Assembly: GCA_051251855.1 (NCBI GenBank)
Contig: JBPOGI010000001.1
Span: 1 to 64,000 of the forward strand
DNA length: 64,000 nucleotides
Reading direction: 5' to 3'
DNA from: Roseibacillus sp.
GTDB lineage: Bacteria > Verrucomicrobiota > Verrucomicrobiia > Verrucomicrobiales > Akkermansiaceae
The notes under the pieces are model-generated. The model was not told where the DNA came from. It did not search any database and saw only the letters and a list, made by a program, of their open reading frames with translations. Position numbers and translations under genes: made by a program. This document shows, in pieces, positions 20,080 to 29,870 of the stretch; position 1 is the first letter of the stretch, and each line of letters begins with the position of its first letter.

Positions 20080-20105
20080 GACTTTGTGAAATTTTTCACA
20101 AAGTC
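20080..20105. promoter_or_regulatory. Rex-type operator upstream of nuoG
   Basis: gacTTTGTGAA-attt-TTCACAAAgtc: exact match to the Rex consensus TTGTGAA-N4-TTCACAA with 11-bp perfect arms. Confidence 0.75.
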
Positions 20106-20113
20106 GGGAAATC

Positions 20114-20225
20114 GTAGCTGACGCATCCTGCGCCAGTCTGTTCCTGGCGCTTCTGACGGCATGGAACAGGTTAAACTTGCTGCTGGAAGCATCAAAAGCG
20201 GGCTACTGCAGGATGCGTCAGCTAC
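20114..20225. repeat. GTAG-type REP doublet (REPIN-like)
   Basis: 18-bp perfect terminal IR gtagctgacgcatcctgc / gcaggatgcgtcagctac; overlaps acyP stop codon. Confidence 0.7.
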
Positions 20226-20497
20226 TTAGAGATGACAAAGCCTTTGAGAGTGGGGTCGGGGTCGATGGGGGTGGTCATGTGGCTTTTGATGAGGTGTGAC
20301 AGGGCTGATTCTTCGATCACATCCTTGAGATAGGCGTCGATTTCGGCGGGTTCACCTTGGATGATGACTTTGACGGTGCCGTCGGAGAGGTTTTGGACGA
20401 AGCCGGTGAGGTCGTAGCCTCTGGCAAAATCTTTGCAGGAGTACCGGAAGCCCACTCCTTGAACGCGTCCTTCGAAAATAGTTTGGCGAGCAATCAT
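20222..20497 (-). CDS. acyP: Acylphosphatase
   Basis: GRVQGVGFR and GFVQNLSDGTV motifs; 91 aa from ATG 20497. Confidence 0.92.
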   Translation of the reverse strand: MIARQTIFEGRVQGVGFRYSCKDFARGYDLTGFVQNLSDGTVKVIIQGEPAEIDAYLKDVIEESALSHLIKSHMTTPIDPDPTLKGFVISK

Positions 20498-20562
20498 TCG
20501 CGTGATGTGGAGAGGAGGTGAGTGGCTGGCAAGAAGAAAGGTGGCATTGAAACCTTGATTTT

Positions 20563-20645
20563 TTGAACCGCGAAAACAGCTTAAACGGCGAAATAGGAAT
20601 CGGGCAGAAGTAGAGTTTCGCTGTTTTCGCAAGTTTAGCGGTCAA
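20563..20645. repeat. Inverted pair of 9-nt-period (GCGAAA) short repeats
   Basis: ttgaaccgcgaaaacagcttaaacggcgaaa ... tttcgctgttttcgcaagtttagcggtcaa; right unit is 27/30 identical (reverse complement) to 35727-35756. Confidence 0.65.
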
Positions 20646-20750
20646 TTCTTCGCTTCTTCATCAGAAGGAGCATGAACCGTCGCACGCTCCGCGTTCCCTC
20701 TGTTGGGCTTGCTTCGTGGGCGAAAGGGTGAAATATCGCAATCTTAGCGA

Positions 20751-22424
20751 ATGAGCAAGAAACGGGACTTTATTAGAGACATTGTTGCAGAGGATTTGGC
20801 GTCGGGGAAGCACGAGACGACGATCACGCGTTTTCCGCCGGAGCCGAATGGCTATTTGCACCTCGGTCATGCGCGGGCGATTTGTCTCAACTTTGGAATC
20901 GCCGCGGAAAATGCGGCTACCGGGGCGCGTTGTCACTTGCGGTTCGATGATACCAATCCAGCGAAAGAGGAATCTGAATATGTCGAGGCTATCAAGCGCG
21001 ATATCGAGTGGTTGGGTTTCGAGTGGGGAGAGCACCTTTACTTCGCGAGCGACTACTTTGAGTATTTTTACGATTGCGCAGTTCACCTCATTAAAGAGGG
21101 GAAGGCGTATGTCGATGAGCAGTCTTTGGAGGAGATGCGGGCGGCGCGGGGTTCGGTGACCGAGCCCGGAACGGATTCGCCCTTTCGGGAGCGGACTGTG
21201 GAGGAAAACTTAAGTGTTTTTGCCAAAATGCGGGCGGGTGAGTTTGCGGATGGCGCGGCGGTTTTGCGGGCTAAGATTGATATGGCGGCTCCCAATATGA
21301 ATATGCGGGATCCGGTTTTGTATCGCGTGCTGAACGCGCCGCATCACAACACGGGGGATGCTTGGAAAATCTATCCCATGTATGACTTTGCGCATTCTTT
21401 GGAGGATGCCAAGGAGTGCATTACTCATTCCCTGTGCACGCTTGAGTTCGAGGACCATCGGCCGCTTTACGATTGGGTGGTGGATAATTGTCCGGTGCCC
21501 GCCAAGCCGCGTCAGATTGAGTTTTCGCGCCTGAACTTTACCTACACCGTGATGAGTAAGCGGAAGTTGTTAGAGTTGGTGAATGAAGGCGTGGTTGATG
21601 GCTGGGATGACCCGCGGATGCCGACCTTGAGCGGTGCGCGTCGTCGCGGGATGCCGGCGCAGGCGCTGCGGACCATTTGCGAAGAGACTGGAATCACCAA
21701 GCAGGTGGGGGTTACCGATGTCGCTTTGCTTGAGTTTGAGATGCGGAAGATTTTAAATGCGGAGGTCAATCGTCGCATGGCGGTGATGAAGCCTCTGAAG
21801 GTGGTGCTCGTAAATTACGAAGCCGACCGCAGCGAGACTGTCAAAGTTCCGAACAATCCTGAGAACCCAGATGCGGGCGAGCGGGATGTGGCGCTGGGTC
21901 GCGAGCTTTGGATTGAGCATACGGACTTTGAACTGGAACCTCACAAGAAGTATCATCGTCTCAAGCCTGAGGGCGCGGTTCGTCTGCGGGGCGGGTATAT
22001 TATTCAATATGTCGGTCATGAAGTGAACGAAGCAGGGGAGGTGACGGAAGTGCACTGTAAGTATTTGGAAGGCACCATTGGCCAGAATCCTCCCGAAGGG
22101 GTGAAGTGCAAGGCAGCGATCCACTGGGTGAGCGCCGCTCATGCCCAAGAGGCCGAAGTGCGCGTCTATGACCGGCTCTTTACGGCCGAGAATCCGGATG
22201 CGGCCGAAGGTGGTTTTAAGAGTGTCCTGAATCCGAACTCACTGGAAGTGGTGAGTGGAGTGAAAGTGGAAGCGGCCGCCGCAGAAATGCAGCCCGGCGA
22301 GCGCTGTCAGTTCGAGCGCGTGGGATACTACGTGGCTGATTGCGAGAATCATATTGCAGGCGAGAAGCTGGTCTTCAACCGCACCGTCGCGCTGAGAGAT
22401 TCTTGGGGTGCTGGGAAGAAGTAA
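20751..22424 (+). CDS. glnS: Glutamine--tRNA ligase
   Basis: TRFPPEPNGYLHLGH, THSLCTLEFEDHRPLYDW, VMSKRKL, FNRTVALRD. Confidence 0.97.
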   Translation: MSKKRDFIRDIVAEDLASGKHETTITRFPPEPNGYLHLGHARAICLNFGIAAENAATGARCHLRFDDTNPAKEESEYVEAIKRDIEWLGFEWGEHLYFASDYFEYFYDCAVHLIKEGKAYVDEQSLEEMRAARGSVTEPGTDSPFRERTVEENLSVFAKMRAGEFADGAAVLRAKIDMAAPNMNMRDPVLYRVLNAPHHNTGDAWKIYPMYDFAHSLEDAKECITHSLCTLEFEDHRPLYDWVVDNCPVPAKPRQIEFSRLNFTYTVMSKRKLLELVNEGVVDGWDDPRMPTLSGARRRGMPAQALRTICEETGITKQVGVTDVALLEFEMRKILNAEVNRRMAVMKPLKVVLVNYEADRSETVKVPNNPENPDAGERDVALGRELWIEHTDFELEPHKKYHRLKPEGAVRLRGGYIIQYVGHEVNEAGEVTEVHCKYLEGTIGQNPPEGVKCKAAIHWVSAAHAQEAEVRVYDRLFTAENPDAAEGGFKSVLNPNSLEVVSGVKVEAAAAEMQPGERCQFERVGYYVADCENHIAGEKLVFNRTVALRDSWGAGKK

Positions 22425-22502
22425 GGAGCAAGGACATTCCCGTCCTTGGAGCGAATCGGAAGAGACGAACCGTTGCGTCAGGGACAGGAATGTCCCTGCT
22501 CC
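22425..22502. repeat. GGAG-type REP doublet (family A)
   Basis: ggagcaaggacattcccgtcct ... gggacaggaatgtccctgctcc, inverted pair directly after the glnS stop. Confidence 0.7.
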
Positions 22503-22538
22503 ATTGATGTTGCCAATCCGAACTGACGGTGCCTCATC

Positions 22539-22961
22539 TTAGCCGCGAGGTGGAAGCTCAAAGAACTCACGAACATCTGCTCTCACGAGAACCTTGTAGA
22601 TCCCAAGATAAAATAAGAAAGCGACACCGGCTATGAGAACCCCAAAGATTGGCGGGACGTTGCCAGCACTCCTGCCGAAATATGAGAACTCTAAATTGCC
22701 TCCAGAAAACATGGCAATGATTGCGAAAACTGGAGTGAACAGCATGACGAACCATACGATAACAAGTCCACAGGTTCGCCAACCTCGACTTCCCAAAAGA
22801 AGCCCAGGCCCGATAAAGAAGCCGAGCACCCCAAAATCAAGATGGATACCTCCGGAGGAAAGCACGTTTAGCATTTTGATTACGGCCCAAATGGCACCAA
22901 GTATGAACAGCCAAGCCACGACTGTGAGTGCCTTGGGTCTACCTTCACGCTGAGAACTCAT
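22539..22961 (-). CDS. Hypothetical four-TM membrane protein
   Basis: 140 aa ORF with four hydrophobic segments and ATG start. Confidence 0.7.
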   Translation of the reverse strand: MSSQREGRPKALTVVAWLFILGAIWAVIKMLNVLSSGGIHLDFGVLGFFIGPGLLLGSRGWRTCGLVIVWFVMLFTPVFAIIAMFSGGNLEFSYFGRSAGNVPPIFGVLIAGVAFLFYLGIYKVLVRADVREFFELPPRG

Positions 22962-23106
22962 TTTTTCAGAATAACCTTTTACTTCGTCTAATCCTAGCGA
23001 ATTAGCATGCTCTTGTCGCCTCGGTTATTGTCTTACGTCCCGTAAATCATACGCTCATCAGCCCGGTCGGAATTCTAGTGCTGTTACTTGCTCGAATTCA
23101 TGAGGG

Positions 23107-23775
23107 CTAACGCGACTCAAGCCACTCGAGAGTCTCATCCAAGTCCTCTTCTCGAGCATACTCGAAGTGCAGAACGCGCCTTCTCCTTGGGACTTCCGAA
23201 CGCTTTGATGAATGCAAAATGAGCGGAGACATTGTCAGGATATCACCAACTCCACATTCACAAACTGTAGCGCGTTCTTTGGGGAAGTCGGCGACTTTCG
23301 ACGAGGTCATTTTGCCATGTGTGTGACTCCTTGGAATCACCATGAGAGCGCCGTTCTCCTTTCTGGTGTCGTCCAAATGAATACGAATAGTAGTCATATT
23401 CTCAAGAAGGTGGAGAGGTGGCTGAACGTGAGGCGAGCCATCCTTTTTCGACCATGGACCATAGCCAGGTGTCTCACTTTTCTTTAAAACTGATATTGTA
23501 AGGTCCTGATGCCAAGGCACCGGCCAGTTCTCATTCTGAGTTTTATCAAAAAGGATACTGCGAACTGGGCGAAGACCGTTGGGGATGAGACGTATCAGTT
23601 GTTCCGATGTGCTGAGGTCCCGGAATATCTCCGAACGATGCCGAATATGCCTCACGCATGCTGTTTCGGCTTCGCTAGCGGTCGAGTCAGCTTCTCCGCG
23701 GAGCGCTTTGATTTTTTCTAAGGAAATCTGCTTGCGATGGACTTTGTATCCCAACTCTAATAGCTGATTTTGCAT
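23107..23775 (-). CDS. Phytanoyl-CoA dioxygenase (PhyH) family Fe/2OG-type oxygenase
   Basis: WHQD, IHLDD..ENGALMVIPRSH, LHSS....RRVLHFEY. Confidence 0.88.
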   Translation of the reverse strand: MQNQLLELGYKVHRKQISLEKIKALRGEADSTASEAETACVRHIRHRSEIFRDLSTSEQLIRLIPNGLRPVRSILFDKTQNENWPVPWHQDLTISVLKKSETPGYGPWSKKDGSPHVQPPLHLLENMTTIRIHLDDTRKENGALMVIPRSHTHGKMTSSKVADFPKERATVCECGVGDILTMSPLILHSSKRSEVPRRRRVLHFEYAREEDLDETLEWLESR

Positions 23776-23878
23776 ATCTATTTGGAATGTTTTAGCGCGC
23801 CCAGTTCACTTCGTTCAGCGCAGTTTGACCATTTTTTCATGGCTTTTCGTTTCGTTGATATCCGAATCAGCACCGTGG

Positions 23879-24361
23879 TTAGGGATTTGTGATTCGGTTT
23901 CTTGCTAGTTTGTTAAGGCGCTCTCTTGCCCAGGGCAACGAGGGGAGAATCACAATGAGTAAGCCTACAATTATAAGGACGTATTCCAGTCGAATCAGGT
24001 TTTCAATCCGTTGTCCCGCAATAGTAATCGCAGTTACTGGATGGATTCCTTCGGTTTTTCGGGTTCTCCAATAGTTGCGCCCACCAATGGTAAACCGTTC
24101 CTCCATAAATTCTACTTTAGCGATATCACTTCCTTTGGCAGTAGGTCGTCCCAGAATGTGGGCGCTTCTTGGATACACTTGAATAGCGTAAAGCTCTCCT
24201 CGGAATTCGTTGTGCCATTCAATGATGGGGAATCTTGCTGTCGTTCCTTCAGTGTCGGTCCAATTTTTGGAAGGAAAGAGATAGAGTGAAAGAACTAACC
24301 CGGGAATGAAAAAGAACGAGCCAACGATGGTTGCGACTATGTATTGTCGGCGAATTTTCAT
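23879..24361 (-). CDS. Hypothetical membrane protein (N- and C-terminal TM)
   Basis: 160 aa ORF with two hydrophobic segments; no family recognised. Confidence 0.6.
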   Translation of the reverse strand: MKIRRQYIVATIVGSFFFIPGLVLSLYLFPSKNWTDTEGTTARFPIIEWHNEFRGELYAIQVYPRSAHILGRPTAKGSDIAKVEFMEERFTIGGRNYWRTRKTEGIHPVTAITIAGQRIENLIRLEYVLIIVGLLIVILPSLPWARERLNKLARNRITNP

Positions 24362-24384
24362 CAACTTCAGCCTGACAGTATACT

Positions 24385-24918
24385 TCAGCGAACTCCCTTT
24401 GGCTTGCCCAAGATTTCAGCAAGGATGATGGCGTCGCGGGCGGCGCTGGGACTAGCGAGAAGTTTGCGGACGCGGGAGCCTGAGGCCGCGACGGAGGCGG
24501 CTCTTTTTTCGGAGTTGGAGTGTTGCTCGAAGGCGGCAGCAGCTTGCGCCTGTTGGACAGTGACTTCGCGGCGTTGGACTTTTTTAGGTTCCGTTTTTGG
24601 AGGAGCGGGGCGGTTGATGCGGGCCTTGCCGGGGAGCGGGGGAGGCGCGGGGTTGTTTCGCTGCGGAAGGACGACCGGAGGTTCGGGGGCGGGTGTGTTT
24701 TGGCGTTCGAGGATTTCGCGGCGCGCTTCTTCGTAAAGGTCTTCGAGGCTGCTACTTTGGGAGGTCTGTTCTTCTTGTTCGTAGTCGAACTCTTCCCATT
24801 GCTGGGGTTGCACGGGTGGCTTCTTTTTGCCCAAGGCATTCTCGATGAACCACCGTATAGCCCCGATCACGAGGAATACGATGACGATGATGAGATTAAA
24901 ATTGATGTCCTCAGGCAT
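24385..24918 (-). CDS. YqfB-like hypothetical protein downstream of floA
   Basis: N-terminal TM, low-complexity middle, C-terminal RDAIILAEILGKPKG motif. Confidence 0.65.
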   Translation of the reverse strand: MPEDINFNLIIVIVFLVIGAIRWFIENALGKKKPPVQPQQWEEFDYEQEEQTSQSSSLEDLYEEARREILERQNTPAPEPPVVLPQRNNPAPPPLPGKARINRPAPPKTEPKKVQRREVTVQQAQAAAAFEQHSNSEKRAASVAASGSRVRKLLASPSAARDAIILAEILGKPKGVR

Positions 24919-24939
24919 AAGGAGAAGGGGCGAGAGGGC

Positions 24940-25959
24940 TTAGGATTGGTCGCCGGCGATGGAGGTGCGCATATCGGTGTCGGCGTTAACGTTCTGATAC
25001 TTGACGTAGTCCATGACGCCGAGGTTGCCGTTTCGGAAGGCTTCGGCGATTGCCTTGGGGATGTCGGCTTCGGCTTCGACGACTTTGGCGCGCATCTCTT
25101 GGGTGCGGGCGGACATTTCTTGCTCGCTGGCGACAGCGGCGGCGCGGCGCATTTCGGCTTTGGCTTGAGCGACTTGTTTGTCGGCTTCGGCCTGCTCGGC
25201 TTGAAGGCGGGCACCGATGTTGTCGGCGACATCGACATCGGCAACATCGATGGAAAGGATTTCGAAGGAGGTGCCGGAGTCGACTCCTTTTCCAAGAACG
25301 AGACGGGAGATAGAGTCGGGGTTCTCGAGGACTTCTTTGTAGGAAGTAGAGGAGCCAACAGAGGTGACGATGCCTTCACCGACACGGGCGATGACGGTTT
25401 CTTCGGTAGCACCACCGACGAAGCGTTCGAGGTTGGTGCGAACGGTGACGCGGGCGCGGACATTGACGGCGATTCCATCTTTGGCGACGGCAGTGATTTT
25501 TGAAATACCGGTGTTGGGGTTGGGGACCTCAATCACCTTGGGGTTAATGGAAGTTCGGACCGCATCGAGAACGGTTTTGCCGGTGTCCTTGGTGGCGAGG
25601 TCGATGGCGCAGGCGCGGTCGAAGGGAAGAGGGATGCCTGCCTTGTCGGCGGCGACAAGAGCGAGGACGACGTTGGTGACGTCACCACCGGAGAGGTAAT
25701 GGGCCTCGAGGGCGTCGGTGGTGATTTCGATATTGGCTTTGGCGGCGGTGATGCGGTTATTAACGATGAGCGCGGGCGGGACTTTCCGCAGGCGCATAAA
25801 GAGCAGGTTGAAGAAGCCGATGGGCGCTCCGGAGACTCTTGCTTGCAACCAGAGGTTGAAGAAGTTGATGAGGAGGAGGAAGAATACGAGACCGACGATG
25901 GCGGCGGCTACGAGAAGGACTCCTTCGAACATTCCAGCTAAGATAAGACTCTTGAACAT
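24940..25959 (-). CDS. floA: Flotillin-like protein FloA (YqfA/UPF0365)
   Basis: [54 protein letters not shown]. Confidence 0.92.
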   Translation of the reverse strand: MFKSLILAGMFEGVLLVAAAIVGLVFFLLLINFFNLWLQARVSGAPIGFFNLLFMRLRKVPPALIVNNRITAAKANIEITTDALEAHYLSGGDVTNVVLALVAADKAGIPLPFDRACAIDLATKDTGKTVLDAVRTSINPKVIEVPNPNTGISKITAVAKDGIAVNVRARVTVRTNLERFVGGATEETVIARVGEGIVTSVGSSTSYKEVLENPDSISRLVLGKGVDSGTSFEILSIDVADVDVADNIGARLQAEQAEADKQVAQAKAEMRRAAAVASEQEMSARTQEMRAKVVEAEADIPKAIAEAFRNGNLGVMDYVKYQNVNADTDMRTSIAGDQS

Positions 25960-26181
25960 GGGGGTAATCTAGCCACTAAATTCGCTGCTGCAACGAAATC
26001 CGTCACCGAGATCGCCGAGATTTGGGAAAGGCTGGTAAGAAGGACTATCGATTGAATGGTATAGTTACCTACTGAAGGGGGCCTTCAGGGGCTCTTTACG
26101 GCAGGCGGAAAGCGGAGAACGAGGCCCCATGAAGACCCAGTCCTCCGCTAAGGTGCGTGCTGCGAGAGTTCTTCTAACCAA

Positions 26182-28785
26182 TTAGAGGTCGTCAACCACG
26201 GCTCCGCGGAGGAAGCCTTTGGGCCCGCGGGGGGTGCCGTCGCCGACATTGCCATCGAGTCGGAAGGATCGGTAAGCCCATCCGGTATCGAGGGCGGGCA
26301 GCCCGGCATCAAGGGCGGGCAGCACTTCGGAAACCGCTTGGTCAAAGGTTTCTAAGTCGTTGGAGCCTTCAATCTCATAGGTGAATCCTTCTGCGGTTAT
26401 GGTGGCGGTGGCGGGGGAGCCAGCCGTGAAAGTGGCACCGTCACGAATGGGAAGGGTGAGGACGAGGGCTTGTTCGGAGCTGATTTCGACGAGGTTGCCG
26501 AGAGTCGTTCCCGAAGCGTCGCTGACGTCAGGTTGGCTGTTAAAGGCGAATTCGGCAAGGTTACTCAATCCGTCGAGATCGGGGTCGGCACCTCTTTCGG
26601 CATCAGTTCCGGTGAGGGAGGGGAAGCCTGTGATCCAGTCATCATAGGGAGCGGCAGCATCGATGATTTGGAGCAAGCCCGCTCCAGTGATGAGGGCTGA
26701 CTTGAAATCGGCAGAGGAGGAGAGGGAGCCATAGGTGCCTGGCGCGGTCTGCTCTGTCCCGCCGAGGACGAGAGCTCCAACAATATCAATCTGGGCAAAA
26801 TCGAGGTTGAGTTCGGCTCCGCTGGCAACTTCCAGCGCTCCGGTATCGCTCAGGAAGGGATTTTCAATTCTCAAGATGCCTTCATCAACAAAGGTGTCGC
26901 CCGTGTAGGTGGAGACGCTGGAAATGAGCATAGTGCCTGCGCCAATTTTGGTAAGGGTGCCGGGAAAAGATCCGTAGTCATCTGATTGGTCGAGAAGAGG
27001 GTTGCTCACGATAAGGTCGGGTTCGAGGTCGCCTGTGGTGTCTTCGACTTCGAAGGTAGTCTCCTGAAAGAGATGGTTTCCTTTTCCGTTAAGACTCTCG
27101 ATGTAGGACTCGGCGTTTCCAGTGACAAGAATTCTGCCGATAAACTGAAATCCTTCTTTGCCTCCTTCGTCGCTGGAGGAGCTTTCTAACAGGGCATCGC
27201 TGAGGGTGAGGTCTCCCAGCACGTTGTAGCGGGTGCACTCCATGAGAGAACCGTTGAGGATGAATTCTGGTAAGAGAGAGGCGCTGGCTGGAGCGATGCC
27301 CATGATGTAGGTGTTGTCCATATAGACGGAACCCTCTTCTTCCACGGTTATGGTCCGTCCGCCGCTGACGGCGTTGCCGAAGCAGGTAAGATTTGCTGGG
27401 GTATTATACTGAGCGAAGGTCGCGACGAAGGCTCCCTCTTCGATGGTCATATCACCTGTAAAGCCGCTGCCACCATTTGCGGTTAGGTCTGAGAAGCCTT
27501 TCTTAATAATAGAAACTCTTCCAACCCCGTCATCGTTGATAGGGAATCCGTAGCTGCTCGCAATTGCGTCAGTATTTAGGGTAAGAACGGAAGGGGTGAG
27601 GGATGAATTGGTAATAGATCCGATGCCGCCTGCAAGCTCCCCAATCGTTGGACTAAAACCATTGAGGTCGAGGGCACCTCCGTCAACGGTGAGGCTGGCG
27701 GTAGGACCTCCCAGCGCTGCGACGTTGCCCATGAGAAGGGTTCCTTGTTCCAGAGTTGTGCCTCCGGTGTAGGTGTTGGCGTTGTTGAGCTCGAGAGGGC
27801 CGGCCCCGCTTTTGGTGAGGGCTCCGGTTCCGCTTATCTGAGAATTTACGGTGATTGGAGAGGCCGACTTGTTCTTCCAGATTTGGTTGGCATCGAGGGT
27901 GATAGTTCCTGAGGTATCGATAAGAAGATTACCTGAGTTCTCGGAGAGCCAGATTCCATCGGCACCAATGGTGAGGTTTTGAGAACCAAGGATATCGACG
28001 AAGCTCGGGTTATCGTTGAGGACGATGGATTTGACGTTTTGGTCTGCTCCTAAAATGGTGTCGGCTTCCGAGACGCCGTCTGCGGTGAATGCGATACCAA
28101 TGCTGCCATCGCTTGGCAGGGCCCCCCCAGCGACGGTTCCGGCGAGGTCAGAAGTCCAGTTGAGTGAGGTCCAATTATTGTCCGCGTCTCCTTTCCAAAA
28201 GAAGTCGGAGGCGGGTGGAGGGTCTGCAACGATGGTGGAGGTGAAGTTGTCGATGTAGAACTTCGCTTCTGATGATGTGGCGCCGCCATTACCGTAGGTG
28301 AACTTCAAAATAATCTGACCCCACTCACTTGTAGCCATCCCTTCTGCTTGGGCGAGCGCGAGTGGAAAGGTGAGAGTCTGAGAGGGGGCGTCAACGGTCA
28401 ACTGTCTCGTCCCCAGGCCGACGTAGCCTACGTTTTCTCCTTGGATAATGATTTCAACATCGGGGGTGGCCGTCCAGCTGTTGTAACCAGGGTCGGGATA
28501 AAATGCGTCAAGTTTCAGATTAACCGCTCCGGTGAAAATGGACTGCAATTCCGCTGAGGACAAGTTCCGCACCGCCGGCGTCGAATACCACATGTCACTC
28601 ATGGGCTGAGTGACCTCCAAGGACTGGAGCCCGTCGGTTGCTCCAATGGTGGAGGTCCCGATAGCGCCGTTGTTCAGAGGATCCCATCCTTCGAGGTCGG
28701 GTTCCCAAGAAAAAATTTGAGCAGATGTCCCTGAGAGAAGAGACATTGCGACTGAAGTGGAAACAAAGAATGGATCGGATTTCAT
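26182..28785 (-). CDS. Secreted protein with CBM-like N-terminal domain and autotransporter-associated beta-strand repeats
   Basis: Repeats LTKSGAGPLEL..ANTYTGGT and LTKIGAGTML...STYTGDT; C-terminal DPDLDGLSNLAEFAF; no barrel domain recognised. Confidence 0.8.
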   Translation of the reverse strand: MKSDPFFVSTSVAMSLLSGTSAQIFSWEPDLEGWDPLNNGAIGTSTIGATDGLQSLEVTQPMSDMWYSTPAVRNLSSAELQSIFTGAVNLKLDAFYPDPGYNSWTATPDVEIIIQGENVGYVGLGTRQLTVDAPSQTLTFPLALAQAEGMATSEWGQIILKFTYGNGGATSSEAKFYIDNFTSTIVADPPPASDFFWKGDADNNWTSLNWTSDLAGTVAGGALPSDGSIGIAFTADGVSEADTILGADQNVKSIVLNDNPSFVDILGSQNLTIGADGIWLSENSGNLLIDTSGTITLDANQIWKNKSASPITVNSQISGTGALTKSGAGPLELNNANTYTGGTTLEQGTLLMGNVAALGGPTASLTVDGGALDLNGFSPTIGELAGGIGSITNSSLTPSVLTLNTDAIASSYGFPINDDGVGRVSIIKKGFSDLTANGGSGFTGDMTIEEGAFVATFAQYNTPANLTCFGNAVSGGRTITVEEEGSVYMDNTYIMGIAPASASLLPEFILNGSLMECTRYNVLGDLTLSDALLESSSSDEGGKEGFQFIGRILVTGNAESYIESLNGKGNHLFQETTFEVEDTTGDLEPDLIVSNPLLDQSDDYGSFPGTLTKIGAGTMLISSVSTYTGDTFVDEGILRIENPFLSDTGALEVASGAELNLDFAQIDIVGALVLGGTEQTAPGTYGSLSSSADFKSALITGAGLLQIIDAAAPYDDWITGFPSLTGTDAERGADPDLDGLSNLAEFAFNSQPDVSDASGTTLGNLVEISSEQALVLTLPIRDGATFTAGSPATATITAEGFTYEIEGSNDLETFDQAVSEVLPALDAGLPALDTGWAYRSFRLDGNVGDGTPRGPKGFLRGAVVDDL

Positions 28786-28842
28786 TGGATGGTGTTTTTT
28801 GTTGGGGGCCGTTGATGGAAGATGGGAGCCAAGATTTCTTGG

Positions 28843-29511
28843 TTAGGCGCGTCGGCGGCCCAAAAGGATGGAGGCTCCGAAAACGCAAAGAATGGCCGCT
28901 GTCGATGGCTCCGGTACTGAGGTGACTGTGATGTTGTCGACAGCGATGGTTTGGGTGCCATTGTTCATAGCATCGTCCATCCAAGTTCCGAGATGCCATC
29001 CAATCTCGATAAAGGAATAGGTGGCTGCAGGGTTTGCGAGGCCGGCGGCATGGCCGGATACATCCCAGGTTATGGTGGAGAACTCCCCATTGACGAGAGT
29101 TCCTGAGCTGGGCGATAGATTCGAGTAACCACCATCATAGTTGACGGTGAGGAACATGAACTCCTCGTAGACGCCCCAGCCGTTTGAGTTCGCCCAATCG
29201 GAGTAAACGTCGATGCTGATCGTAGTGGCATTGGCAGTCATGATGCTCCGAGGATCCCGGGACAATACGTTTTGGATCGTCCAACCAGCGTATGAAGGTA
29301 AGACTGTGAAAGTGTTTGTCGCGCTGTAGGTGCCATCGGTGGCGCGATCGGTAGTGGCGGTGGTGGTGACTCCACTGAGCTCTAGGGCGTTCCAGCCACT
29401 TAAATCTCCGGATTCGAACGATTCGACCAAGGTCGCTCCCGTAAGAATTGGCATACTGATTGCTGAGGCAGAAAGGGTCGCAAGGAGGCTGATTTTCGAT
29501 GTCGTTTTCAT
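28843..29511 (-). CDS. PEP-CTERM protein with CBM-like domain
   Basis: Signal peptide; C-terminal VPEPSTAAILCVFGASILLGRRRA. Confidence 0.88.
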   Translation of the reverse strand: MKTTSKISLLATLSASAISMPILTGATLVESFESGDLSGWNALELSGVTTTATTDRATDGTYSATNTFTVLPSYAGWTIQNVLSRDPRSIMTANATTISIDVYSDWANSNGWGVYEEFMFLTVNYDGGYSNLSPSSGTLVNGEFSTITWDVSGHAAGLANPAATYSFIEIGWHLGTWMDDAMNNGTQTIAVDNITVTSVPEPSTAAILCVFGASILLGRRRA

Positions 29512-29870
29512 TGGCTTTTTTTAGTTTTCAATTGGTGGCCTCTCAAAGAGGCGAAGGGGCGCTAGCTCGGTTTCGGCCAAGTGCGAATGGCTCATGGCCA
29601 TCTTTCATTCTCAACAAATTGTTGATGACGTCTACCTCCTCGATGAGGGGTTTTCACCCCCCCCAAACGGGGGGCGTCTTATCTCTTCCGATAAAGAGTG
29701 AGAGTCTCTAAACGATGATGCAGCCGAGGATAATGTTTTCTCTCCCGGCGACGTTTTTGCGAGAGACGAGTCTTGGAAGACCGCGAAATTAAGGGGCTCT
29801 TTGCTGCGTTTTAGGTAGAAGTCTAGTTCGCTGGCATCTCCGAACTCACATGGCACCGAAGATGAGAGAA

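Noticed and set aside
22962..23878. Possible attC sites between the cassette-like genes
   Set aside because: No complementary RYYYAAC/GTTRRRY core pair with a foldable stem could be found by eye, so not called as features.
16965..25503. Long alternative-frame ORFs (e.g. 16965-17744, 19038-20024, 24520-25503; also 39485-40420, 56502-57422, 62090-62911)
   Set aside because: They are antisense or out-of-frame shadows of well-supported genes, caused by biased codon usage, with no recognisable motifs.
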